From Octopus bimaculoides (Eukaryota): a DNA stretch of 63,986 nucleotides. This document shows, piece after piece, positions 1-12,602 of this stretch. The position numbers and the translations under genes are program-made. The stretch is taken from contig NC_068992.1 in NCBI RefSeq assembly GCF_001194135.2, forward strand, positions 36,707,702 through 36,771,687. Reading direction: 5' to 3'. Each line of letters begins with the position of its first letter. The stretch's first letter is position 1. The notes below the pieces were generated by a model that ran no database searches, was not told the origin of the DNA, and worked only from the letters and a program-made list of their open reading frames with translations.

Positions 1-35
<35 letters not shown>
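1..35. repeat. (TA)n microsatellite
   Basis: Pure TA dinucleotide run at window start. Confidence 0.95.
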
Positions 36-37
<2 letters not shown>

Positions 38-702
38 CACACAGAAGCCCAAGGTACTTCAATGCGAAACCAAGTTTCTGAACCGAACAACCATTCCTAT
101 GCCCCCCAAACCGCCAACTCAGAGCAGTTCAAGAGTTTACATATATAGGATAATGTACATTTATGAAAATCCATTCGATGAAAGTATATCGGTGAGGTGG
201 AAATCGTTCGAAAAATATTGTTGAAATTAAAACTAATTTCCACTATTTTTTCCATGTGTACATGCGTGTATTCGTTACGAATACCTTTCAATGAATTTGA
301 ATGTTTTCAACTCCTTTATGTTGATAGTAATAATATTGATTTTTAACGTAGACACACACCTACAACCTTTACAGCCGGGATGTAGTCGATTACATTTACC
401 CCAACATTCGGGCTCATTTAAGTACTATATGCAGGACCGTTTTAACAACATTGTAGGCCCCCAGGAAAATCAGTCCACTGGGCCCCATAGTATTTACTTA
501 TTTGCAGAATTCCACAGTATACAGTGATCAGAACCGGACTCCTAGACATGTGAAGCCCCTGAGCAACAATCTAGGATGCCATGCTTAAGACGACATTGAC
601 TGTGTTTGCACCATATCTGCTTGTAGAATGCAAACGCTTTTGAAACGTCGTTTTACGTTGCATTGTTATCGCAAGTAACGAGACATCAAACTTTATATAC
701 TA

Positions 703-734
703 CTAGACTACCCGAGACCCGTTGAGTAACCGGG
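703..734 (-). mobile_element. Probable Helitron 3' terminus (hairpin + CTAG|T), body not traceable
   Basis: Minus strand reads CCCGGTTACTCAACGGG (imperfect hairpin) TCTCGGGTAGT CTAG T; same layout as the terminus at 53715. Confidence 0.45.
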
Positions 735-865
735 AAAGTCTGAGTTTCCCAGCAGAAGAGTTTTGTTTTGTGGGTTTTTTTGTTTCCTCTCCAGGTTATT
801 TCACATACTTTCAAAGAATATGGCATCAAAATCACACGTAAACGGCTACTTCCCCCAGAAAAAGA

Positions 866-982
866 AAGATTTGGCTGCTATTTCTTGCACACCCTCCCAC
901 CACATAACAGGTATTTCGGGTCCTTTATCGCAAATAGCTCTTACGTGGTAGCAGGGGGTGGTAGAAATAGCAGCTAAATCTT
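866..982. repeat. Short inverted repeat (MITE-like or paired SINE-tail motif)
   Basis: AAGATTTGGCTGCTATTTCT (866-885) vs AGAAATAGCAGCTAAATCTT (963-982): 19/20 complementary. Confidence 0.7.
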
Positions 983-1258
983 TGGAGGTGAGATACGTTG
1001 AATGCACTTGAGAAAAACCTATGGAAAAAAATTACTTCACACCGAGGTTACGGACGGGTCTTTTACGAAATATTTACCGTATTTTTAAAGTCATTTTCAT
1101 TTTAAAATATTTTTTAAATATGCCAAAAAAACATTTGTGATGGTATTCAGCTGAAAATAATTTTAAAAACATTAAAATATTGTCTGTTTAAAGAAAGCTA
1201 AAATATAAATATTTACTGTATATATATTTGTGTGTATGTGTGCGCGCGCGCGCCCGCA

Positions 1259-1289
<31 letters not shown>

Positions 1290-1916
1290 GCGCGCCCGCA
1301 TGTGTGTGTGTTTGTGAAAGTTAATATAGCTGTATATTAACGATGTGAACATCGTTAATAATGCATGTGCATTTAAGAATAGATGTCTGTTCCACAACAT
1401 ATACATCGGGTTAATATTAAGATTGAATTTAATATCTATACATCATAAAACGGTTTGTGAGGGTGTTTGTATTTAAAACTGAATTTATTGACTATAAGAC
1501 ATTTTTAATAAGTAGAATTCTTCTTGAGACAGTTATTCTGCATGTAAACACAACTTTCTCTCTTCCATCAATTTCTTAATTACTAAAGTTCTACGACGAA
1601 AAGAAAAAAAAAGCACTCTCCATGAATTATTTTAATCTCTAATGAAATACCCCAGTTCATAAGATGCATAATAAGTCACTGATTATGTTATGGTGACATT
1701 TGTTAAAAGAATGAACTAGTGATAAACATGATTACCACCGACTAGAATTTTGAAGAACTTCGTAATAACAAGAAAAGAAGAGAGAAAGAAATATGTGTCG
1801 CCTGCATCGTTTTCGTTATAATTCCTTAATTTCCATTTCAAAATTCTAATTCGCTCTCATCTTTTGCAGAAATTATTATCACCTTTGTAATAGCAGCAAC
1901 GACTAGGGGAAACCAC

Positions 1917-1920
1917 GTGT

Positions 1921-1965
<45 letters not shown>

Positions 1966-2016
1966 TGTGCGTGTGTGTGTGTGTGTGTGTGTGCGTGTGT
2001 GTGTGTGTGTGTGTGT
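1917..2016. repeat. (TG)n microsatellite
   Basis: Near-perfect TG array; source of the CV/HT pseudo-ORFs. Confidence 0.95.
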
Positions 2017-2487
2017 CCTATTTATTGATCCTGGATACCATAGAAAACTTCACTTTTGAGGATATGCAGCCCACATTATATCCAATTCTAAATATAGACT
2101 ACCAATATCCCAAAGAGTAATTCGCAGTAAAACTATTTTCGATGCCATCTACTCTGATATAAGGATCTTATAATTGATATAACAGACTGCTGCCTCTGGG
2201 TCACTGGTGCACTGCTTCATCCTTTTGAATTTTCTACCCTTTTTATAGTAACTTCTACGCCTCCAAGCTTGCTGGAGCCACCTTCACTGAAGCATTCTCA
2301 GCCTACTTACCTCTCCGCCTCTCATCAATCCTTAGAACTCTCATTAGTATATCCAATACTTCCCGGCTCTCTGAATTTCTCTACCGCAAGTGACGACTTG
2401 CAAATATTCAGCAATAATATTCTTGTTACCAGTGTCACCGGTCTCGGTGAACATGCGAAGGCCATAGTATTTTGTCTTGTTCTAGAC

Positions 2488-2540
2488 CAGCGTTTCTCAA
2501 CCGGGGTTCCGCAAAAGATTCCTAGGGGTTCCCCGGGAAA
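2488..2540 (+). mobile_element. hAT (Charlie-like) terminal inverted repeat, single end
   Basis: CAGCGTTTCTCAACCGGGGTTCC preceded by TTCTAGAC (2480-2487), fitting the NTCTAGAN Charlie-type target preference; partner end not seen. Confidence 0.6.
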
Positions 2541-2661
2541 GTGTGATCGTAATATTACTATACATGTACATGATATGGGTTGTTGTAATATTGTAATATA
2601 GACATCATTCTATCTAACCTATTATGTTATCAAAAAATATAACAACCATTGGGATATGCAT

Positions 2662-2787
<126 letters not shown>

Positions 2788-3429
2788 TATTTATGATGTG
2801 AACTACTATCAAAAAAATATGGGCAAGATATAGTATATATTTTCTTTTGTGCAGGAGTTCCTTGAGACATGTAATTTCTTTTAAGGTTTACGCAAGGGTA
2901 AGAGGTTAAGAAACACTACTCTAGACACTACATATAAAATATATATAGCAGCACGTGTGTTCTTGTGCTTATACGTGTATTCATATAATCATTATATATA
3001 TATATATAATAGAAATATGTTACGAAAACAAAATAGAAAATACACGTGGAAATGTAAGGGGAAAGTAAGAAGAAAAATAAGCGAAAATGCACATTAGAAA
3101 TAAAAAAAAGTAAAGGCTTTTTATGAAAAGTAACGATAGATATATACAAGTAGATGAACTGAGGTAGGAATAAAAGTCATTATTGTGAATTGTTAAAGAG
3201 ATTCAAAAGCATACTGGTTTTGTAAATGCACACCGCTTACTGAATGGTGTCAAGTCTACTAGCCCCTGAGTAAAAAGATTATGTGTAAGGGAGGTAAGTA
3301 GTTCTGGATTTGGTGCAATTAGGGTAGATAAAAATCTGTAATGTGAATGGTGTATGGGATGTATGGGGGTTAATGGTATTAATTGAAAGGTTAGTAAGTA
3401 GTCTGTATTATGTTATGTGTTCATATTTA

Positions 3430-4015
3430 GTTATGGAAGATATTTATTGATGAAAGTTACCTCTTTATTCATTCTTTGTTGTACTGAGGTGTTCTGTGAA
3501 CATTGGTAGAAGGAGAAAATTAGGAAATTAGGATTAAGATTTCTAATACACCTTTCTATGTGTCCACTAACCTGTATCTGTCTGTATTGTGGGTAGTGGA
3601 TTTATTCTTTGCGGAGAGTGGTTCTTCGACGGAGTGATATTCCTGTTTGGCCAATATAATTATTACCGCACCCTAAGCATGTAATGGCATAGATTAGATT
3701 TTCCGAAGCACAGGTGAAATTTGATTTATTCTTAAATATTTCACCTTGTTTAAAGCGGAACTCTGAACCCTCCAAAAGGTGGGGGGCATGTACCACAATT
3801 AGGTCGACCACATTTTTTCACTTTTGGTTCTGTTGTTAATGGATATAGCCTTGCGCTGGTTAATATATTTTTTAATGATTTAGATTGCATTTTGCTTTTG
3901 ATAATTTTGTGTGAGCCTAAAATTTTGTTCATTGTTTTATCTCCTGTGAGGATGGGTAGATTTTGGATGATAATGTTAAAGGCTTCGTTGTTTCTAGGGT
4001 TATGTGCGGAGATGT
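3430..4015 (-). mobile_element. Penelope-like element (Neptune-type), 5'-truncated, linker + GIY-YIG endonuclease
   Basis: ORFs 3750-3932 and 3602-3811 join across a frameshift: KCGRPNCGTC (Cys linker motif) then NLIYAITCLGCGNNYIGQTG (GIY-YIG). Same family as 39013-40430 and 63265-63986. Confidence 0.9.
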
Positions 4016-4616
4016 ATGGGAATAATTTTAAGTATATATATTAGTGTGTCTTTATATATATTTATATTTATATATATGTGTGTGTGTGCGTGTGTGTGTA
4101 TGTGTATGCGCGCGTGTGTGTGTATGTACAATATGAAGGAAAAGAGAAATAAGGAAAGCTTCTAACAATGCAGAAAGTTTTACAAAAAAATAATAATTTA
4201 CATTTCAGGCGCAAAGCCCTATCTTCAGAAGAAAGCAGTCAAAATATGTGTCGTTATTTTAAAATGCTCGGTGTTTGGGTTAGAACAACAATATCTGTCC
4301 AACTGTTGGGCGTGGTCGTTGTAGCGCATTTTCACGTAGTGGTGGCGGTGGAAAATGGTAAATACCGTAAGTTTCAACCGGTCTTATTAAGTAATGGTGA
4401 GCAGCCTTTCAGACTGGTAAACTACGCTATTCGCAGCACAAGCATGTCCTTCCGTACATACGTAGTAGTGCTGCAAATGCTACAGCTATTACATCAGCAG
4501 TACAGTTCGACCACGCCACGTCCGAAAGAAGTACATCACTACCAACAGCTTCTGTACAGCAATGCTACTAGCGAAATACAACGCTCTAATGTGTGTATAT
4601 ATATATATATATATAT

Positions 4617-4811
4617 NNNNNNNNNNNNNNNNNNNNNNNNNNNNNNNNNNNNNNNNNNNNNNNNNNNNNNNNNNNNNNNNNNNNNNNNNNNNNNNNNNNN
4701 NNNNNNNNNNNNNNNNNNNNNNNNNNNNNNNNNNNNNNNNNNNNNNNNNNNNNNNNNNNNNNNNNNNNNNNNNNNNNNNNNNNNNNNNNNNNNNNNNNNN
4801 NNNNNNNNNNN
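4617..4811. other. Assembly gap (first of eight: also 16048-16518, 20732-21441, 22966-23399, 28396-28714, 42065-42355, 48632-49420, 59777-60465)
   Basis: N runs, adjacent to microsatellites or inside multicopy elements. Confidence 0.99.
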
Positions 4812-4958
4812 GGACAAATGTCTTCTACTATAGCCTCGGGCCGACCAAAGCCTCGTGAGTAGATTGGGTAGACGGAAACTGAAAGAAGCCCGTCGTATAT
4901 ATGTATATTTATTGTGTGTATATGTTTGTGTGTCTGTGTTTGTCCCCCCACCATCGCT
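4812..4958 (+). mobile_element. tRNA-derived SINE body (head lost in N gap)
   Basis: GGACAAATGTCTTCTACTATAGCCTCGGGCCGACCAAAGCC is homologous to the body of the SINE at 40633-40808. Confidence 0.75.
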
Positions 4959-5046
<88 letters not shown>

Positions 5047-5759
5047 TATATATATGTATGTAGATACCTATATATACATTAGTATATATGTACATTTTTT
5101 CACCTGTATTTGTATATGTGTGTAGGTATGTACCATCGTTTGTATGTTTAGTGTATATATGTATGTATAGGGTTTTGGTATGTGTATGTATAAGTAACTG
5201 TATATGTATTTTTATGATGTTAGTTATTTGTAAGTGAATATTTTTATAATAAACGGACATAAATTTTAATTTATATTACCATTAATTAATTTACCCTGGG
5301 TATGCAGGTATTTTTCCTGCTATTAAAGCTAATTTTTTTTATTTAAGGTCTTTTTTTTCGATCTTAAATAATATGATTTTAAATCGTAATTTTAATTTTA
5401 ATTTCATATAACCGGTTATTGGAAAGACCGTTAGTTGAAAGGACCAATGAAAAAACCCAATTTCAAATGTGTATCTATCAATGTAATTGTATATTTATAC
5501 ATATAACCTTATTTTTTGTTCCATTCTCAATCAAAACTGTCCGACGAACGGGAACGTGAAACTGAGTAACAATTTTTGTGATGTCTTTGCAGCTTTATCA
5601 ATAAAGCATATTACTCTACCTCCGGTATTTGAGTACTATTTTTCCACCTTGTTTCACATTTATGTGCTTACTCTGGTGTAACCCGCACCTTTTTAAGAAA
5701 GTATGAGCGACTCTCCACAAGTAGGAAGAAGAAATAGCTGAAAGAAACGGAACCCTACC

Positions 5760-6270
5760 CATTGGATTTTTCTCTAAAAAGAACATGCCTACCCCGGGGC
5801 AGAAGCAATACCTCTTATTGAGAAAACGGAAGAGTTTATCCGAAGAATGAGATAGAAAGTTTCTTTCTTTGACACGAAACAACAGAATAACAGAAACAAA
5901 TACGGTCTTCTAAAAGCTCACCACCTATTTCAGAATTAGAAGCATTTGAAAAAGGCCCTTCAAGCTTATTAGAAGGATAAAATTCTGTAAATTTAGCAAT
6001 CCGCTCCAGAGAGATATGAAGGAAAAACATTTTAAATATAAAGAACTCCTATAAGATTTTCGTAAACTCCGATAAAATAAAAAAACCTATAAAAGATCTT
6101 TACAAACGTATTGTTTCAGATAGCATTACAGACACCTACAAAAAAAAAAAAATACAACACGAATTTATATAAAGAGGTTAATATAGAAGCAAAAAGGATT
6201 GCTAACAACCTTAAAGTTAGTGATAGGATAGAATACCTCCCCCCGCGCCAACCCTTTATTACCCTTAAGG
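5760..6270 (+). mobile_element. Penelope-like element, N-terminal ORF region (pre-RT), degenerate
   Basis: Translations ...IEKTEEFIRRMR*KVSFF..., ELEAFEK..., NIEAKRIANNLKVSDRIEYLPPRQPFITLK match the PLE N-terminal consensus; stops at a hAT end. Confidence 0.75.
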
Positions 6271-6910
6271 AAGCGGTTCCCAACCTTTTTGTGATCGCGT
6301 ACCATTTGGAGGTTTCGTACAGCCGCCGCGTACCACCTGGTTTGATTTAATCACAATTAGAAAACACAAATGAACTAACAACAAAGAACACAACTCAGTT
6401 TAATACGTGGGCTTTATCTGTTTCTTCTCCACCAGCTGGTCCATGCGCGGCATAACTTTGCTCACAGCGCATCAGAAACCATGGCTGGGCGCAGAAAGAG
6501 TTCCGGCTCTTCGACTTTATGGCCAGTAAGGTTGAGAACCCCTGCTCAGATTCCCACATAGAGGGGGAAATTAGTAGCTGGGGAACTGCGTAACGGAGTG
6601 GTGTCGGGTGCGAGAAGGCCATATTTAGCCAGAAGTTTACAGGAGAGCATTCTTTGTACTTCGTCTTTGCTGTCTCGTCAACCTGGATACCTATGAGTTC
6701 CTCTTGTTCCCCGGTCCCGACAAGCAACTTGGCTGGATCAATGGAGAATGGATTGGCGATGGATTGGTGAGTGTCTCACACTGAGGATGGATAACATCCA
6801 GAAACCTATGTCTGTGAGTATCACGTAAGGCTATAGATGGGAGCGATGACCTCCCTTGCAAGTACTATATACGGACACAAACTGTGTCGGTAGCCAACTG
6901 GAAAAGATTT
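6271..6910 (-). mobile_element. hAT (Charlie/Buster-like) transposon 3' part: transposase C-terminal dimerization region + TIR
   Basis: ORF 6395-6727: GEQEELI..Q.DETAK...FW...LL..PS.WESEQGFSTLLAIKSKSRN; upstream ANPFSIDP; TIR AAGCGGTTCCCAACCTTTTT at 6271-6290 after palindromic CCTTAAGG. Left boundary (~6910) is approximate. Confidence 0.85.
6775..6818 (+). ncRNA. Minimal type I hammerhead ribozyme fold
   Basis: Stem I CUCACA/UGUGAG (6 bp), core CUGAGGA (6781-6787), stem II UGGAU-aac-AUCCA, GAAA (6801-6804), stem III AC-cuau-GU, GUC triplet (predicted cut after 6812). Confidence 0.75.
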
Positions 6911-6959
6911 TTCTTGGGGCTAAAACAACAGTAACATCGTCCTTTAGAGGACTACCACA

Positions 6960-7775
6960 ATCTTTTGGCATATAAACATTAAAAGATATTTACTATTTTT
7001 TGGAAAATATTTATCCAGTGCCGAATAGAACAATTTAGGAATGCTGGAAAGAATTTGCTTTCCGAAGGGAATTATATACCACTTGTCATTACTATTTATA
7101 TTTTTACTAGAGAAACTTTTATTATGGTTTTCTGCAGTTTTAGCTAACTACCTAGTAAAGGCATTTAACCTGTTTTTCTGTTTTTTATATTTAGTCCGTT
7201 TGGCGTCAGAATTGCTGTCTATTTGTGTAGTTCTCGTGGAGTGCTTTTCATAGCGGTTATCTCTTTTACCCGAGTGCGGCCTATTAATATTTCGGTTATT
7301 GTCTGAGTTACATAATATCTTATGCGGCCCTAATTCCTTAAAATAATCTTCATATTATCTGGTATTCCATGATTATTTTCCAATTGTTCGAACTTCCTAT
7401 CCTTATCACTCACTTTAATCCTAAGGTGGCTATTACTTGTCTTTTTTATCAAGATTATTGTTATTGTCCATCGTGTTCATTCCCGTTCGTAGTACAGGTG
7501 ACTATAAGGCCATTATTCCTATATAATCATGTATCTATAGAAAGAAATTCTAGATGCAAGTTGTGCAAAATGTAAGTTCCTATTAGCATGCTTAGTTTTG
7601 CTCCCTCGTACGTATCCATCGGCACATCGAATAAAGAATCTTCACTCTTTGTGACACAGGTGGAATCGTCGAAAAAATGTAGAGATTTCCTAGCATTCAA
7701 GATAATATCGATGGACTCAAGGAGAATCTTATCACTTTTTTGCAAATCTTATCACTTTCTTACAACTCACAATAG
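6960..7775 (-). mobile_element. Penelope-like element fragment: RT core plus post-RT linker, thumb region missing
   Basis: IILNARKSL...FDVPMDTYEGAKLS.LIGTYILH...LYRNNGL (YRDDG motif); near 6960-7090 WYIIPFGKQILSSIPKLFYSALDKYFPKNSKY, homologous to the PLE at ~57170-57250. Confidence 0.8.
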
Positions 7776-7777
7776 AT

Positions 7778-8675
7778 ATGAACGTGACTAGCGTAAACTT
7801 CTTAGACATTTGCTTAGATTTACAATTAAATAAATTTAAACCCTACCGTAAACCTAACGAAAAGCTATGCTATATCAATAAAGAGTCCAATCACCCACCT
7901 GTAATTCTAAATAATATAGTTGGCAATATAAGAAGGCACATATCATCAAGACCATCGGACGAGACATCGTTTCGAAATGCCGCGCCCTACAATATTAAGA
8001 AACATTGAATTCTCGAATATCCAATATAGCCATAACGAAACTAAACTTAATAAACCACGCTGGATTAGAACCAGGAAAGTTCTGTGGTTTAATCCAACTT
8101 TCAATATCGCCATAAAAGCTAATATAGGTAAAAGATTTTTAAACCTAGGAGAACGCTTAAAGGGAGCTATTCTTGTATGAACTTCACCTCTTTAATCAAC
8201 CAACATAACACAAAGACTATTAGTAAAGCCAACAATGCTGAAATAAATAACCAACCTAAATGCAACAGCAAAGACCAAAGTTAACGCCTCTAAGAAGGGA
8301 ATTGTCTAATGAAAGGCTAAAGTTCAAATGGACAATGCAGGTGCATATAAAACATACACAGGTGCTATGGAAAATTCCTTCAAAAACAGACTATATTCTC
8401 ATTGAAATTCCTTCAGATATCCAGAGAATAGAACTGTGATGAGTCTGGCCAAACATATATGGCAGTTAAGGGAAGGAGAGTCTTCTTTTAAAAGACTCTG
8501 GTCTACTCTGGAAAAAGCAGTCCCATACAGACACGGAGAGCACAGATTTTCAATGAGGCGTGGTTTATGCTTGAGCGAGAATTTTTTTATTCTCTTTCAG
8601 GAGAAAAACGTCTTAAATGAGAGATCAGAACTCTTGAACTGCTGTAGACACGCTTCCAAATATAAGATTAGTTGA
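7778..8675 (+). mobile_element. Penelope-like element (Poseidon-type) 3' half: thumb, linker, GIY-YIG region
   Basis: VNFLDICLDL...KPYRKPN...YINKESNHPP; RKVLWFNPTF...NIGKRFL; SLAKHIWQL...LCLSE..FILF...LNERSELLNCCRHASKY. 3' UTR probably extends to ~9340. Confidence 0.9.
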
Positions 8676-10149
8676 CAACAAAAATCCATACGAGTAAGAA
8701 ACATTGGTCTTTGGGTTTACTAAATTCGCTCAAATCTACCTACATCTATCGCATTTCACCTCGTATAACTTTTATTTTAATTCATTTTATTTCACCAACA
8801 AACAAACCCACGAAAAACCCTTCAACTATCTAGAAACTAATTCGTTAATACTTTTAGATGCATTCTACCGCCAACTACACTGAATTTTATCTGTGGCCTT
8901 TTGCCTACTGAATCTTTTAATTATAATTTAAGCGTATGTTCAGTAAAGAAAATCCATCATTTGTCCATTGTCCATGTAATTTTAAAGATAGCCAAAGTTT
9001 TCATTATTGCTATTCATTTATTTAATGGTTTTGTTGCATTGTTTTATTGATTTGCGTAACTTACCTAATCAAACACATGTAGTTAGACTTACAAGGCTTT
9101 AAAAAACCCACTGATTTATATTACGTAAAATAATGCATTTTTATTCTAATTTTATAATTTTATAATCTTAATTTAAATTTCATTTTGATTCCACTTATTT
9201 TAAAGTTTAATAACCGACACATTTTCTCTCCTAATTGCAAGCCTTTTTCGTTAACGAATGTTTTATTCCTTTATTTATAATGCCCTTATATAAATACTAG
9301 TGACGAAAGCACTCTCCTCTCGCAAATACTATATATCTTTTTTGAACATCACACAGTCGCTAATCTAGCTATGTATATTGTGTGGGCATGCGTATGTGTA
9401 CGTGCGTGCGCGCGCGTGTGTATGTGTGTGCTCGCGCGCGCGCATGCACGTGAAAATGCGTGTGTAGTTCTCGAAAGACATCCGAGAACACAACTCAAAG
9501 AAGAACTGTGTATATGGAAAAGTATATTTTTAAATGTTTATACATATGACTTATTAAAATAAGTCATATGGATTTTACTCACCCACACTAGAATGCAAAA
9601 GGATTGCTGGAAAACATTGTTAATAATAATAATGATAATAATAATAATATGACAATTCCCAATAATAACATAAAGAAAACAATTCAAGTGGCAACGAATT
9701 GCAAAATAACTAAAATCCAGAACAAGTGTAGCAACAGCAAAACCCAACAACTGCAAAACAACACGACAAACGAATGTGATATTAACAATAAATAAGCTAA
9801 CAATAAAAGCAGCTACAACAGAAGAGAAAAAAATCTGCCTCAGCAACACTGAATGCAAAAACAGAGTAACATCATCAACAACAAAAACTAAGGCTACAAG
9901 GGCAACAAAAGCATTATGGTGGCATGTTCCATTCCGGAAGACGATGACAGATAAGTCTAGAAAGTTCAACTGGTTTCCTGGTGGCTGGAAGCCCGAGGAA
10001 ATAATATTCAGACTTCAGGTTAAAACAAAGAAAAAATTATTTTCTTTTCTGGTTCTTTTATCAACTTACTTTTCAAACTGTAAGTTTACATGAAGTAAAG
10101 TTTAGAAACATTGGTTATGCATGTAATACTTATAAACTATGAAACACAA

Positions 10150-10345
10150 TGAGTTGGCAAGATAGGATGAAAAGCCACCAGAATGCCCTGTGGTGTTTAG
10201 TTGCGGCTTTCTGAGTTCAAGTCCTATCGAAATCATCTTAGACTTTTATCATTTAGTGCTTGATAAAATATGTGCCAACAAGTGCTAAGTTGTTATAATC
10301 AACTACCCATTTCTCTCTTTCCTCTTTAGATCCCCTCGCCAAAAG
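10150..10345 (+). mobile_element. Degenerate tRNA-derived SINE
   Basis: B-box-like TTCTGAGTTCAAGTCC and downstream similarity to the SINE at 51565-51750. Confidence 0.45.
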
Positions 10346-10989
10346 ATTGCAGGTTTCGAAATCACTATTAAAACTATGGAGAGACGCAATTAGCAAGGCG
10401 ATAAGAAGAAATACTACTGAATAAATTTACTACGGTTCGTACCTTATTGTCAGCTGTATGCTATGCCTGTAACAAAAAAGGTTATCTCTAGATTCATCGG
10501 AGAGAGAGATACAAAATACATATAGTTCAGTCCATCTACCAAGCAAATGGTCTTAAAGAACTAGAGGGTGAATTAACCCAATGTCACATTAATAATATTG
10601 CAACTTATTTTATAAACTACTGTATTTACAGGGGCAAAGTTTCCACTTTGAGCTTTAATAATCTGAATGTATTCAGTGGTGCCTGCGCCAACGAATAAAG
10701 TATACGCTATAAAATAAAGATGTGTGAATGTCGAGACTACAAAATTAGTTAGAGTCTACAGAAAACTATTGATTGACTTATTTCATTTGATTCAGTGCAG
10801 TAAGAATCAATATTTTCCTGAATGGTACGGCGTCAGATATTTCTGGAGAAGTATAGTCTATTCATTCTATCGGAATACCGATAGTTTATCGCCTCCTAAG
10901 GGAGATGATAAAGTTGAACTCAGAATGGAATCTGAACCCAGAATGTACAGAATCATTACTAAATTATCTGAAATACAGTCTTCCTAACT

Positions 10990-12420
10990 GCCGACTGTCA
11001 TCAATGCAATAGTAGTAACAATGATTTTCACAACTTTTCATTGGATGTTGGCCTTAGTGGATTCGAATTTATTTTAACAATCCTAAAATGTGAAAGATCT
11101 TTGAACTCAGAAAGTGGTAGTTGTCATTACACTTTACCAATTCTATCGGCCACTTTCATTTCAATAACAAATGGTGCCCAATCCCACTCACTGCCAAAGA
11201 AATGTTAGATATATCGTATTTTCAACGCATATCTGCACATCAATTAGCCACTGCATGTCTAGGTCTTCATGCAACAGATGTTGGCAGTAAATGGAAAATG
11301 TAACCAGAAGAACACGTCCCTCTATAGAAAGCGTAAGAACAAACTCTCCATTCTGTTCAATCATGAAGTCACTAGGGTCAGATGGCATTAGATGACGGAT
11401 GCAAAGTAAGTATTCGACCTACCGCTTGACTTCCAAGCATAGTATATCTATACTTGAAAATCAGGTTATGCTTGAGACTAGGCACTTCTCGTTATCGCTG
11501 CCCAATTTTGACCACCTAGAGGTCTGGACCAAATCAAACCCCGAGCAACTTAACTGGTTCGTCCGTCTAGCACCAAGTGATGCTGTTAGCTGGCATAGAC
11601 CTGCCTCTCCGGGTGCAAATATGCAGGCCCGACCTTCACCTTGATTAATTTTTGCTCATGTCACTGCCTCATATTCCCTTAAAGTAGTGCCGATCCCCTT
11701 CGTTTGCATGACGTCTAGCACTATTACTAAGATGTCGTTCATATAAGCAAACACGGATCTTCTGCATCATAGCTCTCACGGAATACCTCCTCAAAATCTC
11801 CACCTTCTTCCGTTGTGACTCTAGAGTCAGAACGTACAGAAGTAGAAAGAAAAGGCACAGCTGGTGAACTTAACGCAAGATACTTATTCCGATAGTCGGT
11901 CATTTACTCTCATCACCGATCAAATATCTATGCGTATTACAGCGATCCAGTTTCTGAAGTAACCAGACACCATGAGGACAGTCACAAAGTATTGATGGTC
12001 AATCCCATGGAAAGTTTTCGAATGATCGAAAGTGATCATAGTTCCACCTATGACATGATTTGTACCCATTCTTTCTATGATGCATTGCGTGAGAAGCTGG
12101 TTGGTTTAAGTCTATTTGGTATGGAGTATGACAGTACCTCACCTACTAGAGGCCACTGAATAAGTCTGACATGTGAAAATGATGCTCGTACGGCAGACCT
12201 TACGGACTCGGTGCCATCCTTCACATGCAACCAGCAAAAGCTTCCCTATTTTCGTCAGCTGTTATCGGCCCATCGCAGAACTCCGGGTCTTTATCCGAGA
12301 ACAGAGTTAGGCGATTCAAATCATCCCCATCTCCGGTCCACCGCCCACTCCAACCGGTTAAACGAACTACCACTGAAAGATTGCAATGACACATCTTCTA
12401 GGAATCGAGCGTTGAGTCTT
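10990..12420 (-). mobile_element. L1/Tx1-clade LINE ORF2 RT region, heavily degenerate
   Basis: Minus-strand pieces FCDGPITADE..EA..GC...GLPYE; SVFAYMNDILVIV (YADD motif); WTDEPVKLLGV*FGPDL; same family as 42655-43185. Confidence 0.75.
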
Positions 12421-12602
12421 GTGTAATAGTAATGGTAGTGTATCATGTATATACTTTCATCCCCCCTGCTTCGTTATATTATATATCCAACTAGGATATA
12501 AAAGTGGTGACGAGTTGTTCGAAGCTTGCGTTGGACGTTTAAATTTTTTTATCGTACGAAACCAAAGAAAAAGTTGTTCAATATGGAGAACTTATTGGTC
12601 TC

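Noticed and set aside
2050-2480. Possible further R4-like LINE fragment on the minus strand
   Set aside because: Only vague resemblance; no diagnostic motif recoverable.
4195-4240. Minus-strand CUGAAGA-(AGGGC/GCCU)-GAAA hammerhead-like core
   Set aside because: No stem I partner and no acceptable NUH/stem III; at most a decayed remnant.
4168-4616. ORF 4168-4833 and more GC-rich neighbouring sequence as a host exon
   Set aside because: No recognisable domain, it runs into a microsatellite and gap, and no splice context is supportable.
9295-9345. GUGACGA...CGCAAA where a PLE pseudo-LTR hammerhead is expected
   Set aside because: Core substitutions on both sides and no convincing stems I or II.
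9600-9990. N/T/K-rich ORFs
   Set aside because: Low-complexity A-rich degenerate trinucleotide sequence with no domain signature.
11000-11400. Initial reading as Gypsy integrase or BEL/Pao RT (LRFL motif)
   Set aside because: Flanking translations match the Tx1/L1 thumb seen at 42655-42990.
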